This document shows positions 63,345 to 64,000 of a stretch of DNA of 64,000 bases, one piece after another; position 1 is the stretch's first letter; each line of letters opens with the position of its first letter. Position numbers and translations under genes: made by a program. A model generated the notes under the pieces. The model had not been told where the DNA came from. It was given only the letters and a program-made list of their open reading frames with translations, and made no database searches. Location of the stretch: assembly GCA_964415065.1 (NCBI GenBank), contig CAYPYX010000010.1, forward strand, positions 864 to 64,863. The letters run 5' to 3'. The DNA comes from an uncultured Rhizobium sp. Lineage in GTDB: Bacteria; Bacteroidota; Bacteroidia; NS11-12g; UBA955.

Positions 63345-63986
63345 TTGATGGCGCCAATTAACACAATTTGCTCAATATTATTAAGGAAACTTTTAGTTCC
63401 CTTTGGACTAATTGCTTTGTTGTATACAAATGAACTTCAAGCTCAAAATAAATGGTCTCTGTCAGATAGTTTTCGAATTTATACTCAGTTAAAACCTGAG
63501 TTTTCCGCTGGTTTGGATAGTCGACATTCATACATCACAGGAACGGCAATCAATATATTTGGAGCCAGAGCAGGAGCGGATTATAAAAAGTTGGCTTTTT
63601 ACGGCGGGCTATATGGTACAGCATTTCAGGATGAGCGATCGAATTCATACCATTATTTTTATTTAAGCGGACAAACGGAGTACCGATGGTTTAAAACCTA
63701 TAAATGGTTGTTACTTCAAACTGTACAACTGGGAGTTGGTAGTGCCGACTTGAAATTACTTCAACCCAATGGTGAGCATAAGTTCGTATCCAATTTAATC
63801 ATTCCCATTGAAACTGGGGTTATGTCGAGTTACCGAGTTTGGAAATATGTGGGTGTTTCAGCAGGTGTAGGGGCCCGATTCTCATTAATCCCAGGAACTT
63901 TTTTTTCATCTTCATATTACACATTTGGCGTGGTATTTTACCCCGATGAGATTATGAAAACCTACGAAAAGCTTTCGCATAAATAG
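63345..63986 (+). CDS. Hypothetical secreted, beta-rich protein
   Basis: Signal-like N-terminus LIALLYTNELQAQ and a Gly/Tyr-rich beta pattern. No family recognised. Confidence 0.55.
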   Translation: MMAPINTICSILLRKLLVPFGLIALLYTNELQAQNKWSLSDSFRIYTQLKPEFSAGLDSRHSYITGTAINIFGARAGADYKKLAFYGGLYGTAFQDERSNSYHYFYLSGQTEYRWFKTYKWLLLQTVQLGVGSADLKLLQPNGEHKFVSNLIIPIETGVMSSYRVWKYVGVSAGVGARFSLIPGTFFSSSYYTFGVVFYPDEIMKTYEKLSHK

Positions 63987-64000
63987 TCAATACTATTTAA

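Noticed and set aside
1-64000. Scan for CRISPR arrays, rRNA, transposases, integrases and IS inverted repeats.
   Set aside because: No regularly spaced direct repeats and no recognisable transposase or integrase ORFs were seen on either strand. The only tandem repeats are the 15-bp and 20-bp duplications reported above.

Overview
The window looks like low-GC Bacteroidota (Flavobacteriia-like) chromosome. Supporting signs are several T9SS C-terminal sorting domains, a TonB-dependent receptor with a partner lipoprotein, an exosortase-F locus and tightly packed genes. All calls come from reading the supplied translations and the DNA by eye; no searches were run.

Layout:
(a) 1-5.2 kb is an accessory islet. 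It holds a four-gene Lamassu/ABC-3C-like operon that runs off the left edge. Its SMC/Rad50-like ATPase and a 58-aa membrane peptide are absent from the ORF track. The islet also holds an HTH_17 Xis-like gene and a tripartite HipB-HipS-HipT toxin-antitoxin module with three palindromic operators.
(b) 5-22 kb holds secreted and T9SS proteins, an AAA+/VWA pair, a HisKA_3/LuxR two-component system, a phage-tail-collar protein, acs and phnA.
(c) 22-39 kb holds a prx-trx operon and a polyphosphate neighbourhood (ppx, DUF4956, CotH-like, VTC, and ppk1 further along). A SulP-DabA-DabB-porin inorganic-carbon module sits between ppx and ppk1.
(d) 39-53 kb holds the TonB receptor and lipoprotein, an orphan meta-cleavage lower pathway, and a GH92 mannosidase with a discoidin domain.
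(e) 53-64 kb holds an uncalled 59-aa mini-protein made of a signal peptide plus a PEP/PID-CTERM-like tail. It lies 5.3 kb from XrtF and its partner gene. This part also holds tRNA-Phe, a PagL-like hydrolase and beta-barrel OMP paralogues.

No CRISPR array, rRNA, transposase or integrase was seen.

The best candidates for something new are the effector-less Lamassu-like operon with its shared IGGDVA tag, the bacterial VTC/DUF4956/CotH/Ppx cluster, and the mini-protein/XrtF pairing.
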